This document shows, piece by piece, positions 47,801 to 59,830 of a stretch of 64,000 nucleotides of DNA; the stretch's first letter is position 1, and every line of letters starts with the position of its first letter. Position numbers and translations under genes: made by a program. The notes beneath the pieces were generated by a model that saw only the letters and a list, made by a program, of their open reading frames with translations, was not told the origin of the DNA and ran no database searches. Source of the stretch: Raillietiella orientalis (lineage: Eukaryota). Location: contig JAYWIR010000028.1 of the NCBI GenBank assembly GCA_036172245.1, positions 992,001-1,056,000 on the forward strand. The letters are read 5' to 3'.

Positions 47801-50800
47801 GGAGGGCGCCGCAGCCCATCAATAGGTGCGGGAACGATTCGATCCCTCCCCCCCCCCCCTCCTCGTATTCTTGCGTGCTTGCGTGCGTCTTTTTTTTATT
47901 TTTTCTTTAGGGGGGGAGGGCGTGGGGTCCCACTTTTGTTGCGGCGAGCTCCACTCCGGAACGTCTTACGGCGATGCGGACCGACATGCGTGGATTGCTC
48001 TCTCGCGTTATCTCCCACCCCGAAAGCGAGCTTCCTGAATCACGAAGAAATTCTCATTCCCTCCCCCCGAAGCGCTCATGTCGTCGCTCGCGTTGATTAG
48101 GCAGCTGCTCCTCCGTCGGAAGTCTCGGGAGGCCTCCTGCTTCCGGTCGTTCCCGGTTGTGAGTCTCTTACTTGGGATCACGACCCACTCGCAGCTACGG
48201 AACGAAAGCTGCAAAGGAAGGCCGAAAGTCTCCGAGACGACTGACGCGTACGCGCGCCCTTCGAGTCCACTTGGACGAGGCGCAACGGTCCTCGATCGAA
48301 GTGGCAGTAGCCGCGGCAGCATTGCATGACCGCCTGCCCGGTCACATTTCCCCAGAATCAGGTGGGGTGTTCGCTTGCGAGAGGTCGGAGCGGCCGTGCC
48401 CCATGTCTTTCCACGTTCGGGTGCGACAGCGAAGCGGTAAAAAATACATCCTTCTCCGTCCGAGAGCACGTGACTCATTCCAGATGAGTGATGCAGGAAG
48501 TGCTGCTTCTTGAAGGCCGAGGGGAACACTCCGTCGATGCCTTTTTCAATTTCCGATTCTCGAGCCCCCTTGTGAAACGGGAACTCCAATATGAAACACG
48601 TTGGAATTTGGGGATAGAAATCGATAATTTCAGCTGCAGCCGACACTCGTACTTGGCGATTCAAAAGTTGACGCACGGCTCTCGCGACTAGACCGTATCT
48701 CAGGAAACACATCATAACGGTACCATGGAGCTGGAGGTGTGCAACAGACTCCCTCCGCCTCAGGCGACAGATCCGCTCGATTTCAAATTACAGCCGATGC
48801 TGGCGTCGTTTGCAAATGTTTCGGTGGCCTTCAGTACGCCCTGTGAAACCATCGAGTCATCCCGAAGCGTTGTTTAAAGCCGAAGGAGCATCCTCCCTCA
48901 TCTTCATTGTTTTTGTTTTTTTCCGTGCTCTCCCCCGAGCGGTAACGATTTGCTTTCGGTAGTACGACCGGCCTTGATGCTTGCACTTGTTTTTGAGAAG
49001 ATCTGCCCGGGATGCGCAGCCCGCTTCCCTTCCGGCACAGTCGTTCCCAATGAAAGAAGTGACGCCGCTCCAAGTGACATCATCGCACGCATTGATTCGG
49101 GAGCCTTGGGCTGGCTTTTCCGACTTCGCGTTCTCTCCCGACGACGAACCCGTTCTCTGGAGCGAAGAGCGCAAGACGCGACGGTGTCGCAGACTTTGAT
49201 TTACCGTCACTTTTGATGGGAATAGCGCGCAGTTTCTTGTTCCATTAGTGCCGAAACGCGCACGTGTCTTCCCTAAATATTCGTGTTGTAAGGATTTTTC
49301 CTTTTTTTCTCTTTTCATTAATGCGAAGATAAATGGGTAGGGAAAATCCTCTTCTCCCGTCGGAAGGGAAAAAGATGCTGAAAATCTCCTTATTAGAAAG
49401 CAGCGATGCAAGCGCTCATTCAGATCCAGGAAACAGAGTTCAGTGCTGTGGCTGCTCGTCTCTGATGTGGCACAGTGTGAGCTTTGAGCAGCTTTGAGCC
49501 ACTTCCAAAGAGCTACGTCAAACCGAGTATCCTGCTTTACAAAATAGGTTGCGGTTCGTCCAGCTAACCCACGTTTTTTCGGTAAAACTTCTGTGGGAGG
49601 GGGAGGGGGGTCTTGCAGCCCCGCATTCTTTAGAACTAGGAGCAGAGGTTAGGTGAGAGAGACGGAAGCTCCAGGCTGAAGCGCTGAGAGATTGTTTCAA
49701 CTTTTACTAACATTTCGTATTTTCATAGCAAATGGTAATTTTTTTTGGGTTTTCACACGGCGTATACATTCGTCAAACGCACCACATTGGCGCTTGTACA
49801 AAACGTACAATGTCGAACTCGCTCAACAGTTGGCCTTTTCGTGCCTTGGTGTCTTCGTGTGCGGAGAGAAAGAACGCGAGCAAGCAGCCCTCCGCCTCCA
49901 AGAGAAAGCTGCCTTCTTCGTCTGTTGCCGCGCACCACCGATCTTCCCCTCGAGTGGCTGCTGCTTCTCTGTCCGGCAGCGGCCTGCCCGTGCGATCCAC
50001 GAAGTGCCTGGGAGGGCCAGCGAGTAGGGAGCGTTCCCTGCATGCCATACGACCCGGCAGGGATGAAAGTGAGACGAGAATTCTCCCGGACGGAGGGCGC
50101 GTTACGGAGAGCTGTCGGTGGAACCCCGCGTGAAAGACGCGGAAGTCCTGCAGCTCTGGTTTCCTGCACCTCTTCAGGGTGGCAGTCTGTTTTCGAGTGA
50201 CCCCGACAGGTCAAAGGACATCGTTTGCAGGTGGAATGGGTGTGCGGGAGAGGTAAATCTTTAGGGGTTGCGCTCTTGCTGTCGCTTGCAGGAGCGCGCG
50301 TAAGGAAAACGGAAACGTGCTGCGCAGGAAGCGAAAGTGAAAACTCGTGTGTCTCGTGCTTGGAAGAGATTTCAGTTTTCATCTCTCCCTCCCTCTCTCT
50401 CTCTCTCTCTCTCCCTCAAAACAAAAAAAAAATCTGAATCTTTTCGAAGGATGGTGTTTCTCGGTTGAACACTTTTGTGGAATTGTTTCTCTCGTAGTAA
50501 CTTTTAACGAAGCTTTTTCCTTACTGTGTGGACCCTGGTACTCTGGACATGTGTTTTCCAGCTTCCCTCATTTTCACATTTACCGGTCCTGCCGTACTGT
50601 GCCAAGGATTATCACCGTGTGATTTCGAGTACAAGGAACCTGGAATGAGTATCCTTGTTCAGGTTTCTTGTCCCGCTATAGTGGAAGCACGGAAGCTTCA
50701 TGTCATAGCCTCGCGAAAACAGGAATCCTTACCGTTTCCAAGGTGCGAAATGCCCCCAAGATGCCCCCCATGCTTCAATGGGGAAAACAGGCTGCGGAAG

Positions 50801-51771
50801 CTGGCAGTTTTGTGTGTGTGTGTGTGTGTGCTTTCCTTTTCTCAGCAAACGCGCACGAGGCCCAGAAAGAGCGCTCCGTTTCCGTCATGCCTTCTTCAAG
50901 TTTGGAACGAACTGTGTGTGGCGCTTCTGATTCTCTTTCCTCTGTGGAATCGCAGATGAAAAGGCCAAGCCCGAAAAACCTGTTGCTGGAGAAATCTCGG
51001 AGAAGCGGATCGAGGAAGAATACAAGCGCGGGGAGAACGTGTAGCCCAGCCATCAAGCAACAAGCTGCGTTGCTAAGTAGTCCTCCGAACGATCAGCGCA
51101 GAAGTGAGGGATGCTGTGATGGCAGGGGGACAGAAAGTTCTCTTTGGGATCCGATTTTCCTGTTCTTCTCTTTTCTCCTTTCATTCCGGTTCGTCATTGT
51201 CATTGAATGGAAAGAGAAACTGGCATGTTTTGGAAGAGCACTGTAATTTGATTAAACCTACGGTCACTGTAAGGGAATTTCGTCGTCGTCGTCGTCGTTG
51301 TTGTTTATCACCGGTTGCATCTTCTTTTGCAATCGCTTTCAAGGTGCCCCGAAATTGCGAAACTCCCGTGAAGTTAACTCTCATCTTTTTGGATCTGTTC
51401 AGTTATCTAGAAACCAGGCGCAGCAACCGATCTGCTGCTGCTTCTTTAAATGCAATCCAGCGTAAAGGCAAACTGCGATAGACGGCGATCCTATTCTCTC
51501 TCATTCATGTGTTTGCTGCGCATGCGTGGTGAAAAGTTTCACTTCCGCACCTCTTTGCAACAAACAGCAACAAAAATGCTGATGCAGGAACAACGTCGAA
51601 CAATTTTTCCTGCGAACGGACTGCGACTGCCATTTTTTCAGACCTTAATCACAACGAAATCCGTTCGTTGTTGCCGTAGGAACTCAGCATTGTGAGCATT
51701 CCTGCGACTTCATTAATACCAGTAAACGACTTTTTATGTTTTCCTTTTTCAAAAACTGTGTTTCTTTTCAG

Positions 51772-51843
51772 GGATCTCAGTAACAACCAGCTGGGCAGCA
51801 TCGGGAAGAAAATGTTTCGAGGAATGGGATCTGTGAAGATCTT
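51772..51843 (+). CDS. slit: Slit D1 LRR exon (fourth LRR): (V)DLSNNQLGSIGKKMFRGMGSVKI(L)
   Basis: Acceptor tgtgtttcttttcAG (AG 51770-51771), donor GTAAGT at 51844, 72 nt, in frame. Matches the DLSxNQ...G(R/K)(R/K)xF(R/K)G motif of Slit D1. Confidence 0.95.
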
Positions 51844-53946
51844 GTAAGTTGACCATCCCTTTTGGTAAACAGTCTTCTTCACTTACCGTGGTGAGGCCGA
51901 GGCTCCGGTTGGCGAAAGTGTTTACCAAACACATGGAATCCGTGCCACGTTATGGTCCACTACACAGTGGCATGTTGCGCAGCGGAAACCACCTGTAATC
52001 CGTGACAGACGCGTTCCTTCCGCCAGGTGGCTGGCGGGTGGATGTGCCCGTGTTGTGGCACAAAAGTCGAGAAGGATCGTCTGTCCCACGCAGACGAGTT
52101 TGCGAAACGGCCCCTCTACCTGGGAAACCGGGAAACCGATCTGCATCCCGTTTAGCGTTAAGACCGAGCGCTATCCATTCGTTTCGAACACAAAACCGTG
52201 GACAGTGTGAGTGGCAACTGTGGCTACCGTTCATCCGCTCGTGTGGCGAGCGGCGAGACGCAAACTGTGATTCGGATAAAAGATGTAGAGACGCGGGTGA
52301 CGGGTGGAGCGCCATGTTCAGAGACCTGTCGACACTTTAGGACTTTTGGGGGGGGGGGGGGGCCGCTCGTCGAAAAATGGTAGTGGCGCTGTGGAGGTGG
52401 TGTCTGTCACCGGACACTTTGTGGTGTTGCCTTTGGGATGCGTGTATCTGGGAAATTATTGAAACAAAAGAACTGCAAGTGGACCGGAAACTGAGTAGAG
52501 CGCTTTTTCTTCCTCATGACTTGCGTAGGAAAGTGGATCAGACTTCAGGCTCCAAAGAGATGCGCTTCCACACATCCCCTTTCTGCGTGTGTGTAATCCC
52601 TTTGCTTACGAGCATTCTTCCTCGACACGGCTGCTGCTCCTGATGGCCCATCATTGCAGATACCACTGCCGCTGTCGGTTTCCGTCGAAGAAACACCAGG
52701 GCTCACAATACGTTCGGCGTATCCTGCTGCATTCCAGCTTCCTTCAGCTGCAAAAAGATCTGTCCATCTTCTCCTGTCTGATTTCGTAGGAATCTGCACG
52801 CGTGGACTCGGGACTCGAGCAGCGATGATGCTTCACGAAAATTCCTTCGCAATCCTTCTGCATCCTCTGCCTCCGTCCGTCCTATATTTTTGGTCGGGGT
52901 ACATCTGCGTGCTTGTTGGCAATACGTGAGAGAAACATTTGATGGGCCCAAGATATTTGGACCAGTGCCGAGGTTGAACCGCGTAAATGGGAATCGGAGT
53001 CCTGTTTTCATGTTGGTTATGCAGTCTTTTGTTTTCCCATTCGGTTGAGTTTAGCTGGCGCAGTTTTGGGATCCAAGGCTCCGAGGGTCTGTGGTTTCTA
53101 GCAAATGGGCTCCTCGTGGGAGGGGGGGGGAGGGATTTCAATCATCTAAAGTTCTGAAATTTTAGCAACCACGAGGGAGGGGGGGGGAGGGGGTGAATGT
53201 CCAAAACGCAGCTTTCAAAAGACGTTGTGTGTGTGTGTGTTTTGCCTTCGTTTGGCTTCTCTCTGTTTTGTCTTTCGAGCACCGATGAGTCTTTTGAGGT
53301 AGGAAAAAATCTCCGCGGGAAACCCAAGTGGAATTCTCTTGCCAGGGGTGTCGCGTGGATCTGTTTTCCACGTTTTTTTTTTTTTTTCCTCCGTTCTTCT
53401 ACAGCTTCGAAAAATTTTTCGCTTGGCCTCGAGCGTGTCGGACTCGGACCTGGCAGAGTGAAGAAACTTCCAGGAATCTGCAAGCCTTTGGAAACCGTGC
53501 ATCCCAGTCGACGTGCTCCAGGAGTTCTGCTTTCTCGTTGTTTTACTCTCCAAGAAACTTCATCTTTGCAGCTCATCGAGTCGGATTCCGTTTAGAAACA
53601 AAGCAAAGGCAGCTGTCACGAGAAGAATCGGTCGGCTCTCCGTCGAGGAATCGGTCCGCGGCATTCTCATCCATAACGTTTGTGCTGTTCAAGAATGCAT
53701 GTTTGGTCTCGCGAATCGAAGGCTCTTGGAAAACACCAGCAGCTGCCCCGCGGATGACTTGTTGATGACTGCTTTGCGCCCGAAGCGTCACTACGAAACT
53801 GGAATCAGTCCTGTCAGATCTTTCAAATCTCACCGTGCTGAAGAACTTGTTTTGAATGACCTGATCACACGAGTCACTCCGGTGGAGCAAACACGCCGGC
53901 CCCTCGATCCGTGCTTCAAGAAGCATTAGGAAACAGTTCTCCTGCT

Positions 53947-53981
53947 ATAAAAAAAATAAAGTAAAATAAAATAAAATAAAA
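53947..53981. repeat. A-rich (AAAAT)n microsatellite
   Basis: ataaaaaaaataaagtaaaataaaataaaataaaa directly visible. Confidence 0.85.
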
Positions 53982-54861
53982 GAGCAGTAATCCAGCTCTC
54001 GGGCTCGCCGACCAATCCCACCGAAGCGAAGTTGATAGAAGTGTTGATGACGTCCACAGATAGGTAACGTAACCTAATCAAAGTTTAACGAAGCGTGGCC
54101 GTACATGTCCTGACTGATGGAAGAGACTTTGACGGAGTATGAATGGTTCTAATGAGGAGGTGAGGGGAAGTGGCGGTTCTTCCTGGCGCGCTAAATACTC
54201 CGAGTCCAAAGCTGTCAACGGGTTATCATTAAGGTGTTTTGAGAGCTGCAAGTGAAAGCGCGTACCGCAGTGGGCACTGGGATTCCGTACGGCAATGGTA
54301 TTCCTCCTCTGTCAGCGCCGCTGCTCATTTGCATTCTACTCTGCTTGTGAGTCGGTTCCGAGAAGTGGGTTCTTGGCAGACGAACGGGTTACGCCCCAGA
54401 GCCCGTCTCGTAGAATCGAGAGTTTCAGAGATCGAAGACCAAGCTCCCCACCCCATGGCGGTGCCGACAGTTCCCAGTCGCTCGCCGCTGTCCACCAGAC
54501 GTGATTCTCGTGTAATTTCTTCTAAGGATCAGGTTGAGTACGTGAATTGATGTGTGGAACTCTGCCGCGAGACGATCTCTGTTTGCTGCTGTTGCTTCTC
54601 CGAATCAGCTCAGTTTCGAATCGCGGTTCAAGTCCTACGCGTCTCCTCCCCTTTAGCTTTCCAGAATATCGTCATTAGACGATCCTGCTGGAAGGCGGAA
54701 TTCCCGAATCCAACGCAACGTGCTTGCCATTCCTCTTGTCTCCCCTTTGGATGCTTCGGCCTGTTGCGAAAATCAAAGCATACCTCTTGCACGGTTGCAG
54801 CTTTGTGGCGCGGAGGTCTTCACCAAAGCGAGCAGTGGTAACAGCAATGGGGGCAGCTGTA

Positions 54862-55716
54862 TTGTTTCCACGCCCCTCCGCCCGCGGCAACCCGCAGGGG
54901 GGCGTGTAATTCTTCAGGATAGGGATCACCCCGGGATGGGGGTCCGCCCTATGAATCCAGGAAGGGCTCGGAGTCCGTTCTTCTCACGCTTGGGGAGGGA
55001 TCCCCCCGGAAGGGGGGAGGGATCGCACCTCCCACCCTGGTTGTCTCCGAAGGGGAACCCCGAAGGGAATCTCCTTCCTCATTCTCTCCGGAGGGACCCC
55101 CCCGTAATGGGGGGTGGTCCTCTCCATTTCAACTTCTCCGAAGGGAACCCAGAAAGGATCCGCTTCTAGGAATTTCTTCTCCGGAGGGAATCCGCAAGGG
55201 AACCGCTCCTGTTCACTCCTCTGAAGAGAACCCCGGAGGGACGCTTCCTCAGAAGAGGCGCTGCAGCTTCCCGCAGGGAATCGCTCTCGCTTGCTTCCTT
55301 TGTACTCTGTGAAGAGGCGACGACTCGGAAGGACCCCCGCAACAAGAGGGGGTCCGCTCCTTTGAACAACTGGAGAGGTGCCTGTGAAGGCTCCTGCTCC
55401 ATCTTGAAACCGAGGGGTCTCCCGGTGGGGGGGTCCGCTCTCCGTTGTACGACCGAAGTGGGAAGTCCCCACTCCTGGATTCCTGGAAGGACCCGAAGGT
55501 CGACTCCCATTGTTCCGGCCTTCATCGGGGGCCTCCGGGGCTTTATCCACCGCCGGTGCCGCGCCCGAATGTCTCGGCCAAGCAGCGCCATTGCAGGAGA
55601 AACTCGGCACCCGACGACGCAGTGACGTCAGAGTTTCTGCCGGAGTATTCGAACCCGCGACGCGTGGTGCCACACGCGGAAGCCTTAACCACAAGGCCTC
55701 CCACGCGGGCAGTGAA
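54862..55716 (-). mobile_element. tRNA-derived SINE-like element, long copy with internal hairpin array and candidate 8-bp target-site duplication
   Basis: The - strand head (55639-55710) has an A-box-like GGCCTTGTGG with a D-arm (GCCT-TGTGGTTA-AGGC) and a B-box GGTTCGAAT (55647-55655). The element is homologous to 19455-20005. CAGCTGTA flanks both sides (54854-54861 and 55717-55724). Confidence 0.8.
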
Positions 55717-58700
55717 CAGCTGTACAGTTCTGTTTCCCGCCTCCCATCCTACCCACCCCTTCGTCCCCTGTCACCACGAGAAAAGTGCGCCGCCATCACA
55801 TGTCGTTGTCCCGCTTTTCGCTTTGTGGTTTTCCGTCTTCCGCAGCAATCTCAGTTACTTTATCGGTTGCTCAAAAAAGTTTTTTCGGAATTCTCAAGGG
55901 TTGCCGAAAACCACGAGCTCCCTCGCGCGGTCACCCTCCAGCCGCAGCATGCGGTCGCACCTGGCCCGGGGCTTCATTGATCCGTTCCCGTTTGCGGATT
56001 TTCTCATCTTTTGCCACCCATTCGACGGAGGTTCCTTTCTTTCGCCTTTCACCAACTCGAATAAAACAACGTGCCTGAAAGGCATTTCTTCCGGTCTGCG
56101 TCTCCCTTCCTTCTTTCGCTCTTTCCTTCGGCTCAAGAGGATTTTCGCTCTGCAAGTGCTCCTTGCCGCGTTGCCGTACTTGTTCAATAAATCTCTTTTC
56201 GAGAGAACCTTTTCTTCTTCTTTTTTCCTAATCTGTCTTTTTTCCTGGTTCCGTGAAATCGATTCTGTCCGAAACGCTGCTCTCGAAACATCCGCATCAG
56301 TTCGTATTCGTCTGATGAATCGGTATTTTCCGAATAATCAGCCGATCTATTGTACTACCCACGGTGCATACCCAAAGACTTTGATCCTCCCCCAAATTCA
56401 TTGTCCCGGATTTTTGGTGGAAAATGACCAGTTGGTGAATTCTGTCCGCCATGTTCGAATTACAGGCAGAGCAGCGAGTCCTCTCGCCCAGCACGCATTC
56501 TTTTAAAAGCATCTATTTGTGGAATCCGTTCGTAGCATTTGTAGCTTTTAGCTAATCCAAGTGCTTTCGCCTCACCAAGCTGTTAAGGTTGTCGGAATAC
56601 GTTGATGGTTGATCCCAAGGACGTTCTTTGCTCTGCTGCCTGCAGGGCATCAAAGTAATGCGGTCTCTGGCTTGCTTGTTGTCATCGTCAGTATGTCTAG
56701 CATGACTTTTTTCCAATTATTACGCAAAAGTCTTATTACGCATACTCCAGAGATCACAAAGAGTTACGTGTGTTTCCGCAAAACCGAGACTCGTCCCCAA
56801 AGATGGGATTGGAGTATATGAAAAAAAAAAAGAAAAAAAATGTGAGTTTGAAAGAGAGTCATGTTGGATGCAAAGATGCAGATGTTGACTTAGCAAAGCG
56901 CATATTATGGAAGCGTCTTGCGCATGCGTGCTCCGTTTTGCAATCCTTGAAGCACATTGCAAGTTAGGAGGAGGACGTAAAGCCTTCTGGTGCGCGGAGT
57001 TGGCGCAACGGGTGATGAAAATCGTTCGTCGGCAGAAACCCGTCAGGGGATGTTCGGATGTTCTTACAAAATCGCGTAAGCTCTCACCAAACTGTTCGCT
57101 AAGCACCACCGCAGGAAGTGGTCCAGATCACAACCGATAACCCGAAGGAAGACGTTTGCTTTAGTAAACGAGCGTGCTGCAATAACAAGACGCCTTGGAA
57201 CCGAAGGGGAAGCGATGTGTTTTCGTAATGCCACGTGTACCGCCTCCGGGGAAGAAGGACACGCAGAAAAGTTCAGAGGAAGCTGGCGGAAACGCTGGTG
57301 GCTTCCAGGAAACGGTCCTGGTGAGCCCTTCTTTTGCGGAACAAGCCTTCCTGCCGAGTGTGGTTCCTGCTGCTCTTCGGGAGATGATGGGTGTTCAACG
57401 GCTTCCGGAGTCTGGAACTGGTAGCAAAGTTCCCCCCCCCCCCCTCCTGAATGCAAGGCGTGCGAAGAACGAAGACGGCAAAGTGCTGGTGCTGCGGAGT
57501 GATCCACAGGACAGCCTCGTGGTCTAGCAGGCCGGAGTGGTCACGGAGCGCGGTGGGGATTTTCGGCGCCCTGCGTGTTGTCTTCGCCGCGGGGCCGTTT
57601 GCCAGACGTCACTTGCACGGACGATCCTCTCGGGACGCAATTCGGCACGGAACGAATCGCTGCTTTTGACGACGGTCTCGGCGGTCTCGGTGCTCAAGAC
57701 AGTTCCTCGGGACGTTGACGCAATGAAGTGAAAAAGAAGAAAGAGACCAGCAGTTGCTCGGGGAAATGCTCTTTCTTCGGAGCGTTTCGGACAAACGGCG
57801 CCAGAGGATTTGATTTTAATCAGCGGATTCGCTTCCGTCTACAGGTCGATTAATCTGTTGAGGAAGAGCAAGGCGAGATTTACTGAGCGCTTCGATTTGA
57901 GCCAGGCTATCGGAAACGCTTCCCTCCGGATGGTGCATCCCGGACCCTTCGAACGCGAAAGAATTTTTTGCGTGCATGGGTTTTTTCCTTCACTCCCGCT
58001 TGTTTTGAACGCGCTCCCGGCGAGCACCGACTCATCGGATTAATGAGACTCGAGTGTGCGTTCATTAGATTAGGTTTAATTAATTAGCACGGTTTGTCAG
58101 ACGTCAAGGAACGGAGCTCGGAAAGCCCCTGAATCAATAAAGGTCTGATTGCATAGAAATAGGGCTAGGGTTCCCCCCCCCCCCCTCTTTCTGCCTGTGA
58201 GGGCGTGCGTGTGCACGCGTGCACACACGGGTTTCCAATCTCGTGCTCCCAAGGCGCTGCCTGCAACTCCGCCGCCGCCGCGGGAAGCACCGACAAAGCA
58301 TTCGAAGCATCTTGAAGTTCCCTCAGCATGCCGATTATCACGTCATAGTGGTGTGTGTTAGTGTGTGTGTGTGTGTGAGGGGGAGGGGAGGAACAGCAAG
58401 AACAAAAAAGCAACAAAGAGAGAGAGAGTGAGAGAGAGAGAGGAACCATGGAAACGCTCCCTTCTCAAAGCGCCGATCTCGCGCGCGCTTCTCCTCAAAA
58501 ATGGACGCAGGTGTTGCGCGCGCCCGATCTGCGTGTTTCCTTGCGGAGTTCCCAAAGCACACGAAAATTCGTGTTGCCGTTCGCTCGCTCGAGGGATATT
58601 GCTGATTTATCGGTGGAAGGCAGGGACTTCCCCGCCACCGCCGCCGCCCACCCCTTCTCCTCGTCCTCTTCCCTCTCCTCCCCACTCGAGATCGTGAGCC

Positions 58701-59674
58701 TAATTTAATGCTCCTACTGAGAATTCGCCGATTGCATTCGTTTGTGCGGGGGCACGCCGTGGGCGCGCATCGGCTACGCGGAGTGCGCGAGACGCAGAGC
58801 GAGTCCCGAAAATACCTTTCAGTGCCCCTCGCAGCGCCGCTGGCAGTTTTTATTGAAGGGGGCTGGCAAACACACTTTCCTCCGGATGCCGACCGGGAAG
58901 CTGGGACCAGGAGACGAACGGCGCGAACGGGTCTTCTGGAGGTGCCCCAGCGCCGAAGGGCTGCTAAAGATCAGTCCAATCTTCCCGCGGAATCGCAAGC
59001 GCCGGTGTGATGCTGCACCCGAAGGGCCGGGAAGGCTATCTCGGCATCCCACCTGGCTTCCCCGGCGGGGAGCCTAGTAGGTTCTCCGCTCATTCCGTTC
59101 CAGCATCCGTTCCGGAGGCAGAAACGCCCTTCCTGTGGAAGATGGCCGCTTTCCTGTCCCCCGCTGCTCGCTACTTCGCCCGCGATCCACAGGAACGAAG
59201 CAACGGGCAGCGGACGTCGGTCAGATCGTCCAGGGGAGTGGCGACTCCTGCAGGCGCAGGGATGCGATTCTCTCCCTCGCCCAAAAGATGTGCATCCAGA
59301 TGCTCATTCTCCTAAGGCGCGGGAATTCCTGTTCCCGTCCTCCTCCTGTCGTTGAGACAGAAGAAGGACGGGTCACCTAGTCGTCCACTGCTCCGGCACT
59401 CCCTGGCAGCCACAGTGGCGAGTGAGCTTTTCGGGGGTGCCTTGCCTAGTGGACACTGGTACCGGTTCGGTCCGGGAGGACGTCCTGGCTGGGGAGACTC
59501 TGCGCGAAACCTCAGGCTATCCCGCATCTGTGCTTCGAAAGGGACGTTCTGTCGAGCTCTCTGGAGCGCCAGCTGGCTCCGCCGCACCTCGCCTCGGGTC
59601 GTCCGCGCGCGAAATGGCCCTGCGCCGCGCACCATCTCGTCCTGCTCTAGATAATTGCACTCCTTCTCTTCCAG

Positions 59675-59746
59675 GAACCTGGAGAACAACAGACTGACGT
59701 GCATAGACGAAGGTGCCCTGAAGGGGTTGCGCGATCTTGAGACGCT
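59675..59746 (+). CDS. slit: Slit D1 LRR exon (fifth LRR): (L)NLENNRLTCIDEGALKGLRDLET(L)
   Basis: Acceptor ctccttctcttccAG (AG 59673-59674), donor GTGAGT at 59747, 72 nt. Contains the Slit-typical TCIDExAxxGLxDLExL motif. Confidence 0.96.
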
Positions 59747-59830
59747 GTGAGTGCGCCCCCTCCCCTCCCCTCCCCCGCAATCCGCGCGTTTCCTCCCGGA
59801 GACGTCCCCGCGTCTCTCCCCTTCCTCCAG

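Larger units (their letters stand above)
20362..51771 (+). other. slit: 31,410-nt slit intron (GT...AG) between the third and fourth LRR exons
   Basis: The flanking exons join in frame (GT+G = Val) and give an uninterrupted 24-aa LRR register. No further 72-nt LRR exon was recognised in between. Other introns: 5465-10744, 10817-20289, 51844-59674, 59747-59830. Confidence 0.88.

Noticed and set aside
55639..55710. Functional tRNA gene
   Set aside because: It has a D-arm and B-box but no proper acceptor stem, a poorly paired T-stem and no canonical 7-nt anticodon loop, and it is attached to a repeated body. It is a SINE head.
19455..55716. The two SINE copies as inverted partners driving circularisation of the enclosed exons
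   Set aside because: Both copies are in the same orientation. Each inverted-repeat pair found lies within a single intron and does not flank an exon.
11305..56770. Scattered TACGTG sites as Sim/Tango midline elements
   Set aside because: A 5-6 nt motif in CpG-rich DNA, not clustered, at a frequency compatible with chance.
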